Shown here piece by piece: positions 11,901-24,800 of a stretch of 64,000 nt of DNA. The notes beneath the pieces are model-generated. The model did not search any database, was not told the DNA's origin, and worked only from the letters and a program-made list of their open reading frames with translations. The translations under genes were made by a program, and so were the position numbers. Each line of letters opens with the position of its first letter. Positions within the stretch are counted from its first letter, which is position 1. Origin of the DNA: Antedon mediterranea (taxonomy: Eukaryota; Animalia; Echinodermata); assembly GCF_964355755.1 (NCBI RefSeq), contig NC_092672.1:21031237-21095236 (forward strand). The letters are read 5' to 3'.

Positions 11901-14220
11901 CATGATGTGGAATATACCATACGTTTTCACACTCACACACAAGTTCTTCTGTAGGTACCTTTTCTGCCTGACCTTTGTCTATGATACTAGTCATAAACTC
12001 TTTATATTTTGCAGCGAATGATGGCTGTTTTATCATTTTGTGTCTCAGCTGAATTAACCTCTTACCAACAGCTACTTTGTTGTTAGGCAACTTGGGAATT
12101 TCCAATTTAAATGGTAATGGCAGTTGGATATGTCCATTTTCTGTTCTACATCCTTTTTGCATAGCGTTCAAGAATTTTGTGTCCTCGACTGATATCATTT
12201 TTCCATTTATACGATCATCCAAGAAATCTCTTTCCAGCACCTTTATTACTTCTTTAGTAGTTGTTTTGAAGGAGAATTGCTTCACATTGTTGGTGGATTC
12301 TCCCTTCCGTGCCTTAATGACACCTACCACACCCCATCCTAATAAGGTCTTAATCGCGTACGGATCTTCGTCATGATTACCTTGTACCACTTCCCTTGGC
12401 ATCAGTGCACTAGAACAATTGTGGCCTATTATTAGACCAACTTCAATATCAAGAAGTGGACTTAAGTCATTTTTTATTTTCTGTAGATGCTGCCAACCAT
12501 TCACTGAGTTTGGAGTAGGAATCTGGTGTCTTGATACTGGTATGGAATCCCGAGTATAGGCTGCTGGTAAACTTATAGTTTTCCCTTCTTTAAGTCCTCT
12601 CACCTTCAAACCATTTATCTTCTCCGAAGTAACACATCCCTTTGTAAGTACTGTTGATATTTCCAGTTGTATGCGGACACCCTTGGTTTTTAATTCTTGT
12701 GCAAGTTTTGCTGAGATAAAACAGGAGTCTGACTGCTCATCAAGAAGGGCGTATGTTATGCTTTCCTGTTTCTCATATTCAATCCACACAGGCACTATTG
12801 AAGAGCAACACTGTTCATTGTCACATGTATTGCTGCACAAATTGTTTGAAGATACTACAGGTGGTTTATCTGCGCTGTTTGAAGATACTACAGGTGGTTC
12901 AGCTGCACTGTTTGAAGATACTACAGGTGGTTCAGCAGTACTGTTTGAAAATCTATGCATGATAGTAGGGTGCTCGCCTTTACATATATCACAAATCCTT
13001 CGGCACTTACATTCTCTCCATATGTGCCCTTTTTTCAAGCAACCTCTACATAATCCTTTCCTTCTTATTAGCTCTTCTCGCTGTTTCAATTCTAAACCCT
13101 TAAATTTATCACATCCTTCCACTGTGTGATTTCCGTCACAACAAAAACACCTTTTCTGCTTGGACTGAGTACTATAAGCTCTTGCGGAATCACCAGATTT
13201 ATTTCCCTTATGGCTATCACGGCTTTTTGATGCAGATGTAATCTGAAATGACGGGTCGTTACGTACCTTGGCCTCTTTTGCAACAAACTCTACAAAAACA
13301 TTGAATGGCGGGAACGACACATCTTTATCGGCTTTATACCTTGCCCCGGTTGTACGCCACCGGTCTTGTAGTTGGTATGATAGTTTTTCTGTCACCATAT
13401 TAACACCCCTTGCGGTATCAAAGCAGGCCAATCCTGGTAGTCTTTTATCTGATTTCGCTACTTCAATTTCCCTTAACAGGTCTGACATTTCCTTCAGCTG
13501 ATGGTCATCTTTGATCCTCGGGAAGGTTTCTAATTTCTTTAATAGAACACTCTCAATCAACTCTGGGGCACCATACTCTTCATTTAAGCGTTTCCACATG
13601 TCCTTTAGGCCATTTTCAGGGTTGTCTAGATGAACCGCCCTTAACCTCATTACTATTTTCCTCGATTCAGGACCTAGCCATTTAATCATCAAATCACACT
13701 CTTCTCGTGCACTCAAGGATAGCTCTTTGACAATTGCCTTAAACGTACCCATCCATGATCTGTAATTTAATGGACTGTCATCAAATTTAATCAAACCATT
13801 GCTGATCAAATCTTTCTTCATTAGGAATTTCGCAATTGCATTGCTGCTTACGTTTCGGTCATCATCCTCCCTGTTGCTGGTAGTAGTATCCACCACTGAT
13901 GTCTCCCTTGCCTTGATATCTGCTAAATATTTTTTCCCTATTTGCAGACCTTGTGTGAACTCTAATAACACAATTTCAATATACGTTTCTGCTTCTTCTA
14001 ATTCAGGTTCAGTGTCAAGTATTGCAACGAGTGCATCATGAACTTGTTCTACTCCATTAGACGCATTTAGCAGTCTTTCAAGAGCATTCTCTACTACTTC
14101 CTTCTCATTTTCTTCAGCTGTCGCTGCTTTTAATACATTTAAGGCTCTAGTGAATGCTCCCCTTTTTACTCTTCTGGAGTGTTTCAGCTTGTCCTTTTGA
14201 TCAGATTTGCTAGCGGGCAT
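8974..14220 (-). CDS. BEL/Pao Gag-Pol polyprotein, 1748 aa, uninterrupted
   Basis: Three Gag zinc knuckles (CFCCDGNH..C, CRGCLKKGH..C, CDICKGEH..H); protease ALLDEQS; RT FYVDD; Pao-type RNase H FSDASEKGYG; integrase HHCC plus GVDFFG / SDQGTNF / GAWERMI. Confidence 0.96.
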   Translation of the reverse strand: MPASKSDQKDKLKHSRRVKRGAFTRALNVLKAATAEENEKEVVENALERLLNASNGVEQVHDALVAILDTEPELEEAETYIEIVLLEFTQGLQIGKKYLADIKARETSVVDTTTSNREDDDRNVSSNAIAKFLMKKDLISNGLIKFDDSPLNYRSWMGTFKAIVKELSLSAREECDLMIKWLGPESRKIVMRLRAVHLDNPENGLKDMWKRLNEEYGAPELIESVLLKKLETFPRIKDDHQLKEMSDLLREIEVAKSDKRLPGLACFDTARGVNMVTEKLSYQLQDRWRTTGARYKADKDVSFPPFNVFVEFVAKEAKVRNDPSFQITSASKSRDSHKGNKSGDSARAYSTQSKQKRCFCCDGNHTVEGCDKFKGLELKQREELIRRKGLCRGCLKKGHIWRECKCRRICDICKGEHPTIMHRFSNSTAEPPVVSSNSAAEPPVVSSNSADKPPVVSSNNLCSNTCDNEQCCSSIVPVWIEYEKQESITYALLDEQSDSCFISAKLAQELKTKGVRIQLEISTVLTKGCVTSEKINGLKVRGLKEGKTISLPAAYTRDSIPVSRHQIPTPNSVNGWQHLQKIKNDLSPLLDIEVGLIIGHNCSSALMPREVVQGNHDEDPYAIKTLLGWGVVGVIKARKGESTNNVKQFSFKTTTKEVIKVLERDFLDDRINGKMISVEDTKFLNAMQKGCRTENGHIQLPLPFKLEIPKLPNNKVAVGKRLIQLRHKMIKQPSFAAKYKEFMTSIIDKGQAEKVPTEELVCECENVWYIPHHGIFHPKKPEKLRVVMDCASRYQGISLNDMLLTGPNLTNNLVGVMLRFRQDRIAVVGDVEGMFHQVLVAPEHRNFLRFLWWQHGNLNEEPTDYRMLVHVFGAASSPGCANYGFKKVADLYENEYGTDAAEFVRRGFYVDDGLKAVPTIDAAISLIKRTVDMLSRGGFRLHKFLSNSPEVLKSLPATSIASKVNQLDLSDLPTERTLGILWNAAEDTFTFEANLRNKPSTRRGILSTVSAIFDPLGFVGPYVLLGKRILQEICAGGAEWDHPVGEETLRSWEEWKKQLVYLKDVSIERCYKPISNRNSEIVSTELHHFSDASEKGYGQCSYLRLVDKEGKVKTSLLISKCRVAPKRMITIPRLELAAAVVSVKVASMLKEEIEYPNVTEYFWTDSQVVIGYINNEAKRFNTFVANRVQQIHDASTSGQWHYVSSEDNPADIASRGMDAEKLRDCERWWHGPAFLNREKYTINQLHIEIKDDDVEVRQAKVFATQVKTELIPDMLRRTSSWHKVRQILARCLIFIYKLRGWKRSGEVTVEDLTRSEKLIIKAVQYNEWKDLNALVKLDPVVDNDGLLRVGGRLKKTNLPEEIKHPVIIPAKSDLTRLIVSHYHNQVYHQGRGITLNAVRAAGFWMIGGVASVSRYIHDCTVCRRLRRPTELQRMADLPVERAEAGPAFSYCGVDFFGPIIVKNGRKELKRYGVLFTCLVSRSVHLEIASSLSTDSFMNAFRRFLCRRGPVRQMRSDQGTNFIGATRELKEAVKEMDQEAIRINMLRLNCDWKFNTPTASHHGGAWERMIRTTRNIFDSLMLQHKALLNDDMLSTFMTEAEAIINSRPLCATNDASLEPLTPFHLLTMKSSAVYAPPGNFKRDGKFSRKLWRRVQHLADTFWSRWQKEYIINLQQRQKWTKKKRNISIGDIVLLYEEGVPRNHWELARVTNTKPSDDGLVRSVTVFVGRRRTTLDRPVTKIVLLVPKDQ
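12843..12947 (-). repeat. In-frame 33-bp tandem repeat x3 in the Gag-protease linker
   Basis: Encodes SNSTAEPPVVS / SNSAAEPPVVS / SNSADKPPVVS. Confidence 0.9.
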
Positions 14221-14264
14221 CTTGCTTCACATTCAGGATTGGTTGAAATACCTCCGTAATTTAC

Positions 14265-15092
14265 TGTAAGTACACGTACTTAAGAATGAAACGCTACCGA
14301 CGAATTTACTGGCTCATTTATGCTGTATTACAGCCTTTATTTCTTCATATATCTCTAACCTCTAATCTCTAGCCTCTAGCCTCTAGCCTCTAGCCGTAAA
14401 TTACTGAAAACAAACAAGTAATAGCAATCAGCAAATACAACCTCAAACTGAGGTAAATACAACATTAAATCTTAGGAAGAGAACAATGACGTATCTCAAC
14501 CATACTGACGTAATCTATGCTTCGTCAAGCGGAACGACCGCTCAGATGTGCACAACACACCATGACGTGCAGCTAACTGTGTGATACATGATGCAAATCT
14601 GCATGTCTTAAATAGACTAAATAACTATAAAGTAATCTTAAAGTTCACATCATAACTTCTACAATCATTCTGCTATCAGTAAACGTAATGATAATAATCA
14701 GTAAATAACAATTTAAATAAACAATGTAAACAAACAACTGAGGGCATAAAGTGGGCTCCACAGAACAGCGACACCCATGACAACCTGCTCCGGCCATGCC
14801 ACTCCAACCCTCCATGCTCTAGGCGGCGAGTCTAAACGACCTCGCCATCTAAATAATGCCAATCTGCCTAAGCAAGAAGGAGTCACGAATATTAAATGTA
14901 TCATAACTAAAGCTAAAAACATCTATAACAAAGCATTACCGGTTCCGGTATCGTAGCTCAAATTCAACATAACAACTTTGTTGATTATTATGTCCTCTAA
15001 ACAAACAATTAATTATCACGTTCTCATATCTGTCCAAAAAGACCCGCACGATGGCGCTATACAAATTAACCTACTGATTAGAAATCAGTACA
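14265..15092 (-). repeat. 5' LTR
   Basis: Matches 8021-8848; minus-strand AATAAA at about 14341-14336. Confidence 0.95.
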
Positions 15093-15337
15093 TATGTCTT
15101 TATTATTATGTAACAGCAAATGTGGTTTATGACATTATACGCAGAGGGATCTTTGATCGGATTGTGATACCGGCTATTGTATTCGCGTTAGCAAGGTCCT
15201 ATCATATATTATATATTATTTAAAGAATCTGAAAAAATCAATGAATCAAAATATCTTTTAAAAATAAATTATCTTTATTTTAATTATCAATGCATATAAC
15301 CTATAATTCGTCATAGTGACGAATTAAATCTAGTTTA

Positions 15338-16956
15338 TTGGTTATCCGCCTCAAGCGGATAACCTTTGTTATTGTAGTGTTACTTTTTTTTTTTATTATT
15401 CTTCTTTCTTTCTCGGATTTTGTGCACGCGTTTTCTCTTTAACGTGCTAACATAACATGTTGTAACTTCGTCAACATATAGACATTTAACTGAAGATGTA
15501 CTGCCAAGCTTTTTGACAATGTCAGATACGCGTAGCGTAAGTTACGCGCGATTTTCTGAAAATCTTAAATCGGTCATAACTTCGAAACCGATAAATATTT
15601 TTTAACGAAATTTTCAGCTACGTTTTCTTCAAATCAATGGCTAACTTTTTCGCTCTTCAGCAAATTTTTGAACACTAGAAAGTCTGCGCGTAAACTGCGT
15701 TTGAAATTTTAAAATGCTCCTAATTTGTGCACGCTGTTTCTCTGTAACGCGTTAACATAACATTTTGTAACTTGTTCAACATATAGACATTTTACTGAAG
15801 TTGTCCAGCCAAGCTTTTTGACGATGTCAGAGCCGCGTAGCGTAAGTTACGCGTGATTTTCTGAAAATCTTAAATTGGTTATAACTTCGAAACAAATGAA
15901 TATTTTTTAACTTCATTTTCAGCCACGTTTGCTTCTCATCAATAGTTAACTTTTTTAACGGTACCGCAATTTGTAACATTAGAAAGTGCGCGCGTCAATG
16001 GCGTTTGGAATTTTAAAATGCTTCAAATCAATTTCTGATTAAATTAGAGCACGATTCAGGTCATTTTAAGCGTTTAAAAAATTGCCACTGGTGCGCACAT
16101 TTTTACGCGCGCACGGCGCAGGGAACACGTTTGAGCATTTATTTTACACGATTTGTGTTTTTAAATCTTCGGTTAACAATTTTACGTTATTTTATTCACT
16201 TTTCAACTTGAAATGGCGTTCTACGAGCACGTTAAACATGACAGGTTGCGCACGAAAACGTCAACAAATTGTGAAAATGTTCCAAAATATGTCTACTTTT
16301 AAAAATGAAACAGTTCATCAGAATGTAAGGTTACCCCCATTTTTTATTTTATTTTCTTGCAGTGTATGAATCATAGGTGTGATTTATTATAGTCTTGAAT
16401 GTTAAAAAGTGTTTGAAGGCTACATTATTTGCATATTAAATGTAATTTTTGAAATAATTATCATCAAACAAACATAAACATATTCAAAGAGCAAAACAAT
16501 AAACATAACGCTTATCTTTTTTCTTTACATGTTAATATATAAAACTAGAAAGTATGCACTTTCATAATATGGAACTGTTTAAAATTTGTGAAGATTTCAT
16601 CATAGTAAAAATTATGATTTAAGTTCATTATGTAATAATCAACTTGCATCGAGGGGGGTTCACGACATACCGAATGAACGAGGACTCTTTCTTCGGATTT
16701 TCTTCAGCAGGTGCTCATATGGCTCGATGTGTAGTGCAACCGACTTTGCTATCAGATGTACCGGGTTCGAATCCCATCACGGGAAAACAATTAATTAAAG
16801 GATTTATTTGGTTATTACACTGAAATGGCAGTTTTAATTTTGAATAGGCTACCTTTTTTTGGAAAAGTCATAACTGAGAAGTACTTTAATACGCAAGATA
16901 CGTTTTGTTGCGGGCGGATAACCAAACTCGTCCTCAAGTGACGAGTTTAGATCTAG
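15338..16956 (+). mobile_element. Family B element, complete, inserted in an A-family (TTTA)n
   Basis: Same termini as 2263-3881; preceded by TTTA and followed by TTTATTTATTCTTTCC. Confidence 0.8.
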
Positions 16957-19900
16957 TTTATTTATTCTTTCCTTAGCACTATTTTGTCCGTGAATTATCT
17001 TGATATCAGTTTCATCTATCTAAGTCAATTTTTCAGAGTATATTCCTTATGGCCAGGAATCGATGTGGTTATATTTTCACGATGCGTAATCAAAAATTAC
17101 GCGGTCTACGCGCGATTTTACGAAATCACGTTTGTAATCATATCTTCACAAGCATGAATCACAATTAAACAAAATTTGGTACTCATAAATTTCAGGTCAT
17201 ATTTCATCATATGGCAATACAATTACGTGCGTAGCGCATATAACGCTTGCGTACGCGCGCTTAAAATGTTCAAAATTGTCAAAATTTATTTTCGATGAAA
17301 TTAGAGTACGTTTCAGGCAATTTTAAGCGTTTAAAAAATTGCCATGAGTGCGCAGATTTTTGCACGCGCACTGCGCGTTATACGTTAATGCGCACTCTTT
17401 TTGTCCGATTTCGGTTGTACAACCTTTCTTTAATAATATCATCATATTTTATTCACTTTTCAACGCGTAATTGCCTTATACGAGCACGTCAAAAGTGACA
17501 GGCTACGCACGTGTAAGTTAACAAAATGGTGAAAATATGCTAAATTTTAAAATTAATATAGATCGTCAGAATGCTCGGGAACACATATTTTTTATTTCAT
17601 TTTCTTGAAGTGTATGTATCTTATGTATGATTTATTATTAAACTAAGGGAACAAAAGTTGATTAAGCCATAATTAATTGCATATTAAATTAAAAAAAATT
17701 CATTTCGACAATCAAACAAATTATGACATTTTCTTAGGCCAAAATAACAAACTTAACATTAACTTTCTTCCTCCAAAAGTTCATATATTAAAGTTAAAAG
17801 TATATAGTTTGACAGTGCATCATTTTTGTACATTTTTAGAGATGTCATCATAGTAAAAAATTATAATTCATTGCGGTATGTAATAATCTATCTGCACCAA
17901 AGTGGTTACTGCATAGTAAATACACGGAGGAATTTTTCTACAATTTTTAGACAGTTGTGTATGGCTCGGTGGTGTGTGCTCGTGTCTATGGCACTCAAGG
18001 TACCGAGATCGAGTCTCACCTTGGGAAACGAAATAAGATTTTTTTTTTATTATCCGTATTGTTTGTTCAAATTTATTTCTTAGTGTATATATTATACACA
18101 TGATTTATAATGAAATCTAGATAAAAAATAACTTATGTCTTTATTATTATGTAACAGCAAATGTGGTTTATGACATTATACGCAGAGGGATCTTTGATCG
18201 GATTGTGATACCGGCTATTGTATTCGCATTAGCAAGGTCCTATCATATATTATAAATAATTAAAGAATCTGAGAAAATCAATGAATCAAAATATCTTTTA
18301 AAAATCAATTATCTTTATTAAAATCAATGCATATAACCTATAATTCGTCATAGTGACGAATTAAATCTAGTTTATTTATTTATTCTTTCCTTAGCACTAT
18401 TTTGTCCGTGAATTATCTTGATATCAGTTTCATCTATCTAAGTCAATTTTTCAGAGTATATTCCTTATGGCCAGGAATCGATGTGGTTATATTTTCACGA
18501 TGCGTAATCAAAAATTACGCGGTCTACGCGCAATTTTACGAAATCACGTTTGTAATCACATCTTCACAAGCATGAATCACAATTAAACAAAATTTGGTAC
18601 TCATAAATTTCAGGTCATATTTCATCATATGGCAATACAATTACGTGCGTAGCGCATATAACGCTTGCGTACGCGCGCTTAAAATGTTCAAAATTGTCAA
18701 AATTTATTTTCGATGAAATTAGAGTACGTTTCAGGCAATTTTAAGCGTTTAAAAAATTGCCATGAGTGCGCAGATTTTTGCACGCGCACTGCGCGTTATA
18801 CGTTAATGCGCACTCTTTTTGTCCGATTTCGGTTTTACAACCTTTCTTTAATAATATCATCATATTTTATTCACTTTTCAACGCGTAATTGCCTTATACG
18901 AGCACGTCAAAAGTGACAGGCTACGCAAGTGTAAGTTAACAAAATGGTGAAAATATGCTAAATTTTAAAATTAATATAGATCGTCAGAATGCTCGGGAAC
19001 ACATATTTTGTATTTCATTTTCTTGAAGTGTATGTATCTTATGTATGATTTATTATTAAACTAAGGGAACAAAAGTTGATTAAGCCATAATTAATTGCAT
19101 ATTAAATTTTAAAAAATTCATTTCGACAATCAAACAAATTATGACATTTTCTTAGGCCAAAATAACAAACTTAACATTAACTTTCTTCCTTCAAAAGTTC
19201 ATATATTAAAGTTAAAAGTATATAGTTTGACAGTGCATCCTTTTTGTACATTTTTAGAGATGTCATCATAGTAAAAAATTATAATTCATTGCGGTATGTA
19301 ATAATCTATCTGCACCAAAGTGGTTACTGCATAGTAAATACACGGAGGAATTTTTCTACAATTTTTAGTCAGTTGTGTATGGCTCGGTGGTGTGTGCTCG
19401 TGTCTATGGCACTCAAGGTACCGAGATCGAGTCTCACCTTGGGAAACGAAATAAGATTTTTTTTTTATTATCCGTATTGTTTGTTCAAATTTATTTCTTA
19501 GTGTATATATTATACACATGATTTATAATGAAATCTAGATAAAAAATAACTTATGTCTATATTATTATGTAACAGCAAATGTGGTTTATGACATTATACG
19601 CAGAGGGATCTTTGATCGGATTGTGATACCGGCTATTGTATTCGCGTTAGCAAGGTCCTATCATATATTATAAATAATTAAAGAATCTGAGAAAATCAAT
19701 GAATCAAAATATCTTTTAAAAATCAATTATCTTTATTTAAATCAATGCATATAACCTATAATTCGTCATAGTGACATTTTCTAACATTTTCTTAGGCCAA
19801 AATAACAAACTTAACATTAACTTTCTTCCTTAAGAAGTTCATATATTAAAGTTAAAAGTATATAGTTTGACAGTGCATCATTTTTTAAAATTTTTAAAGA

Positions 19901-20404
19901 TGTCATCATAGTAAAACATTATAATTCATTGCGGTATGTAATAATCTATCTGCACCAAAGTGGTTACTGCATAGTAAATACACGGAGGAATTTTTCCATA
20001 ACTTTTAGTCAGTTGTGTATGGCTCGGTGGTCTTTGCTCGTGTCTATAGCAGTCAAGTACCGAGTTCGAGTCTCACCTTGGGAAACCAAACGAAATAAGA
20101 TTTTTTTTATTATCCGTATTGGTTGTTCAATTATATTTCTTAGTGTATAGATTATACACATGATTTATAATGAAATCTAAATAAAAACACAAATGTGGTT
20201 TATGACATTATATACGCAGAAAGATCTTGGATCGGATTATGATACCGGCTATTGTATTTGCGTTAGCAAGATCCTGTCATATATTATAAATAACTAATGA
20301 TTCTGAGAAAATCAATCAATCAATATATCTTAAATCAATCAATTATCTTTATTTGAATCAATGCATATAACCTATAATTCGTCATAGTGACGAATTAAAT
20401 CTAG
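16957..20404 (+). mobile_element. Three headless family A units (16957-18370; 18371-19775 with truncated tail; 19776-20404, 3' half only)
   Basis: Repeated A body; deletion junction gtgac|attttctaacattttcttagg at 19775. Confidence 0.75.
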
Positions 20405-21883
20405 TTAGGTTATATGCATGATATGCATATAACCTCTTGATTCTGTCAAAATCTTTATTTATTTATTTATTTATTTATTTATTCTTTCCTTAGCACTATT
20501 TGTCCGTGAATTATCTTGGCATCAGTTTCATCTATCTAAGTCAATTTTTCAGAGTATATTCCTTATGGCCAGGAATCGATGTGGTTATGTTTTCACGATG
20601 CGCAATCAAAAATTACGCGGTCTACGCGCGATTTAACGAAATCACGTTTGTAATCATATCTTCACAAACATGAATCACTTTTAAACAAAATTTGGTACTC
20701 ATAAATTTCAGGTCATATTTCATCATATGGCAATACAATTACGTGCGTAGCGCATATAACGCATGCGTACGCGCGCTTAAAATGTTGAAAATTGTCAGAA
20801 TTTATTTTCGATGAAATTAGAGTACGTTTCAGGCAATTTTAAGCGTTTAAAAAATTGCCATGAGTGCGCAGATTTTTGCACGCGCACTGCGCGTCAAACG
20901 TTAATGCGCACTGTTTGTGTCCGATTACTGTTGTATAACCTTTCTTTAATAATATCATCATATTTTATTCACTTTTCAACGCAAAACAGCGTTATACGAG
21001 CACGTCAAAAGTGACGGGCTACGCACGTGTAAGTTAACAAAATGGTGAAAATATGCTAAATTTTAAAATTAAAATATATCGTTAGAATGCTCGGGAACAC
21101 CTATTTTTTATTTAATTTTCTTGAAGTGTATGTATCATATGTATGATTTATTATGAAATTAGAAGAACAAAAGTTGATTAAGTCATCATTAATGGCATAT
21201 TAAATTTAACAAAATTAATTTCGACAATCAAACAAATTATAACATTTTCTTAGGCGAAAATAACAAACTTAACGTTAACTTTCTTCCTTAAGAAGTTCAT
21301 ATATTAAAGTTAAAAGTATATAGTTTGACAGTGCATCATTTTTTTAAATTTTTAAAGATGTCATCATAGTAAAACATTATAATTCATTGCGGTATGTAAT
21401 AATCTATCTGCACCAAAGTGGTTACTGCATAGTAAATACACGGAGGAATTTTTCTCCAACTTTTAGTCAGTTGTGTATGGCTCGATGGTCTGTGCTCGTG
21501 TCAATGGCATTCAAGGTACCGAGTTCGAGTCTTACCTTGGGAAACGAAATAAGATTTTTTTTTTATTATCCGTATTGTTCAAATTTATTTCTTAGTGTAT
21601 AGATTATACACATGATTTATAATGAAATCTAGATAAAAAGTTACTTTATGTCTTTATTATTATGTAACAACAAATGCGGTTTATGACATTATACGCAGAG
21701 GGATCTTTGATCGGATTGTGATACCGGCTATGGTGTTCGCGTTAGCAAGGTCCTATCATATATTATAAATAATTAAAGATTCTGAGAAAATCAATCAATC
21801 AATATATCTTTTAAAAATCAATTATCTTTATTTAAATCAATGCATATAACCTATAATTCGTCATAGTGACGAATTAAATCTAG
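20405..21883 (+). mobile_element. Family A element, complete, same subtype as 777-2258
   Basis: Head GCATGATATGCAT; body diagnostics shared with 777-2258. Confidence 0.8.
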
Positions 21884-24800
21884 TTTATTTATTTATTCTT
21901 TCCTTAGCACTATTTGTCCGTCAATTATCTTGATATCAGTTTCATCTAACTCAGTCAATTTTTCAGAGTATATTCCTTATGGCCAGGAATCGATGTGGTT
22001 ATATTTTCACGATGCGTAATCAAAAATTACGCGGTCTACGCGCGATTTTACGAAATCACGTTTGTAATCATATCTTCACATTAAGCATGAATCACAATTA
22101 AACAAAATTTGGTACTCATAAATTTCAGGTCATATTTCATCATATGGCAATAAAATTACGTGCGTAGCGCATATAACGCTTGCGTACGCGCGCTTAAAAT
22201 GTTCAAAATTGTCAAAATTTATTTTCGATGAAATTAGAGTACGTTTCAGGCAATTTTAAGCGTTTAAAAAATTGCCATGAGTGCGCAGATTTTTGCACGC
22301 GCACTGCGCGTTAAACGTTAATGCGCACTCTTTTTGCCCGATTTCTGTTTTACAATCTTTCTTTAATAATATCATCATATTTTATTCACTTTTCAACGCG
22401 TAATTGCCTTATACGAGCACGTCAAAAGTGACAGGCTACGCACGTGTAAGTTAACAAAATGGTGAAAATATGCTAAATTTTAAAATTAATATAGATCGTC
22501 AGAATGCTCGGGAACACATATTTTTTATTTCATTTTCTTGAAGTGTATGTATCTTATGTATGATTTATTATTAAACTAAGGGAACAAAAGTTGATTAAGC
22601 CATAATTAATTGCATATTAAATTAAAAAAAATTCATTTCGACAATCAAACAAATTATGACATTTTCTTAGGCCAAAATAACAAACTTAACATTAACTTTC
22701 TTCCTCCAAAAGTTCATATATTAAAGTTAAAAGTATATAGTTTGACAGTGCATCATTTTTGTACATTTTTAGAGATGTCATCATAGTAAAAAATTATAAT
22801 TCATTGCGGTATGTAATAATCTATCTGCACCAAAGTGGTTACTGCATAGTAAATACACGGAGGAATTTTTCTACAATTTTTAGACAGTTGTGTATGGCTC
22901 GGTGGTGTGTGCTCGTGTCTATGGCACTCAAGGTACCGAGATCGAGTCTCACCTTGGGAAACGAAATAAGATTTTTTTTTTATTATCCGTATTGTTTGTT
23001 CAAATTTATTTCTTAGTGTATATATTATACACATGATTTATAATGAAATCTAGATAAAAAATAACTTATGTCTTTATTATTATGTAACAGCAAATGTGGT
23101 TTATGACATTATACGCAGAGGGATCTTTGATCGGATTGTGATACCGGCTATTGTATTCGCATTAGCAAGGTCCTATCATATATTATAAATAATTAAAGAA
23201 TCTGAGAAAATCAATGAATCAAAATATCTTTTAAAAATCAATTATCTTTATTAAAATCAATGCATATAACCTATAATTCGTCATAGTGACGAATTAAATC
23301 TAGTTTATTTATTTATTCTTTCCTTAGCACTATTTTGTCCGTGAATTATCTTGATATCATTTTCATCTATCTAAGTCAATTTTTCAGAGTATATTCCTTA
23401 TGGCCAGGAATCGATGTGGTTATATTTTCACGATGCGTAATCAAAAATTACGCGGTCTACGCGCAATTTTACGAAATCACGTTTGTAATCACATCTTCAC
23501 AAGCATGAATCACAATTAAACAAAATTTGGTACTCATAAATTTCAGGTCATATTTCATCATATGGCAATACAATTACGTGCGTAGCGCATATAACGCTTG
23601 CGTACGCGCGCTTAAAATGTTCAAAATTGTCAAAATTTATTTTCGATGAAATTAGAGTACGTTTCAGGCAATTTTAAGCGTTTAAAAAATTGCCATGAGT
23701 GCGCAGATTTTTGCACGCGCACTGCGCGTTATACGTTAATGCGCACTCTTTTTGTCCGATTTCGGTTTTACAACCTTTCTTTAATAATATCATCATATTT
23801 TATTCACTTTTCAACGCGTAATTGCCTTATACGAGCACGTCAAAAGTGACAGGCTACGCAAGTGTAAGTTAACAAAATGGTGAAAATATGCTAAATTTTA
23901 AAATTAATATAGATCGTCAGAATGCTCGGGAACACATATTTTGTATTTCATTTTTTTGAAGTGTATGTATCTTATGTATGATTTATTATTAAACTAAGGG
24001 AACAAAAGTTGATTAAGCCATAATTAATTGCATATTAAATTTTAAAAAATTCATTTCGACAATCAAACAAATTATGACATTTTCTTAGGCCAAAATAACA
24101 AACTTAACATTAACTTTCTTCCTTCAAAAGTTCATATATTAAAGTTAAAAGTATATAGTTTGACAGTGCATCCTTTTTGTACATTTTTAGAGATGTCATC
24201 ATAGTAAAAAATTATAATTCATTGCGGTATGTAATAATCTATCTGCACCAAAGTGGTTACTGCATAGTAAATACACGGAGGAATTTTTCTACAATTTTTA
24301 GTCAGTTGTGTATGGCTCGGTGGTGTGTGCTCGTGTCTATGGCACTCAAGGTACCGAGATCGAGTCTCACCTTGGGAAACGAAATAAGATTTTTTTTTTT
24401 ATTATCCGTATTGTTTGTTCAAATTTATTTCTTAGTGTATATATTATACACATGATTTATAATGAAATCTAGATAAAAAATAACTTATGTCTATATTATT
24501 ATGTAACAGCAAATGTGGTTTATGACATTATACGCAGAGGGATCTTTGATCGGATTGTGATACCGGCTATTGTATTCGCGTTAGCAAGGTCCTATCATAT
24601 ATTATAAATAATTAAAGAATCTGAGAAAATCAATGAATCAAAATATCTTTTAAAAATCAATTATCTTTATTTAAATCAATGCATATAACCTATAATTCGT
24701 CATAGTGACATTTTCTAACATTTTCTTAGGCCAAAATAACAAACTTAACATTAACTTTCTTCCTTAAGAAGTTCATATATTAAAGTTAAAAGTATATAGT

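Larger units (their letters stand above)
8021..15092 (-). mobile_element. Full-length BEL/Pao LTR retrotransposon (7072 bp)
   Basis: Two 828-bp LTRs with TGT...ACA ends; 5-bp TSD TATGT (8016-8020 and 15093-15097); single gag-pol ORF in PR-RT-RH-IN order. Confidence 0.96.
6839..15333 (+). mobile_element. Family A body without head, interrupted by the LTR retrotransposon (6839-8020 + 15098-15333)
   Basis: The ...taacttatgt | ctttattattatg... junction seen intact in other copies is split by the BEL element. Confidence 0.8.

Noticed and set aside
9161-14041. Plus-strand ORFs overlapping gag-pol
   Set aside because: Antisense shadows of a long coding frame
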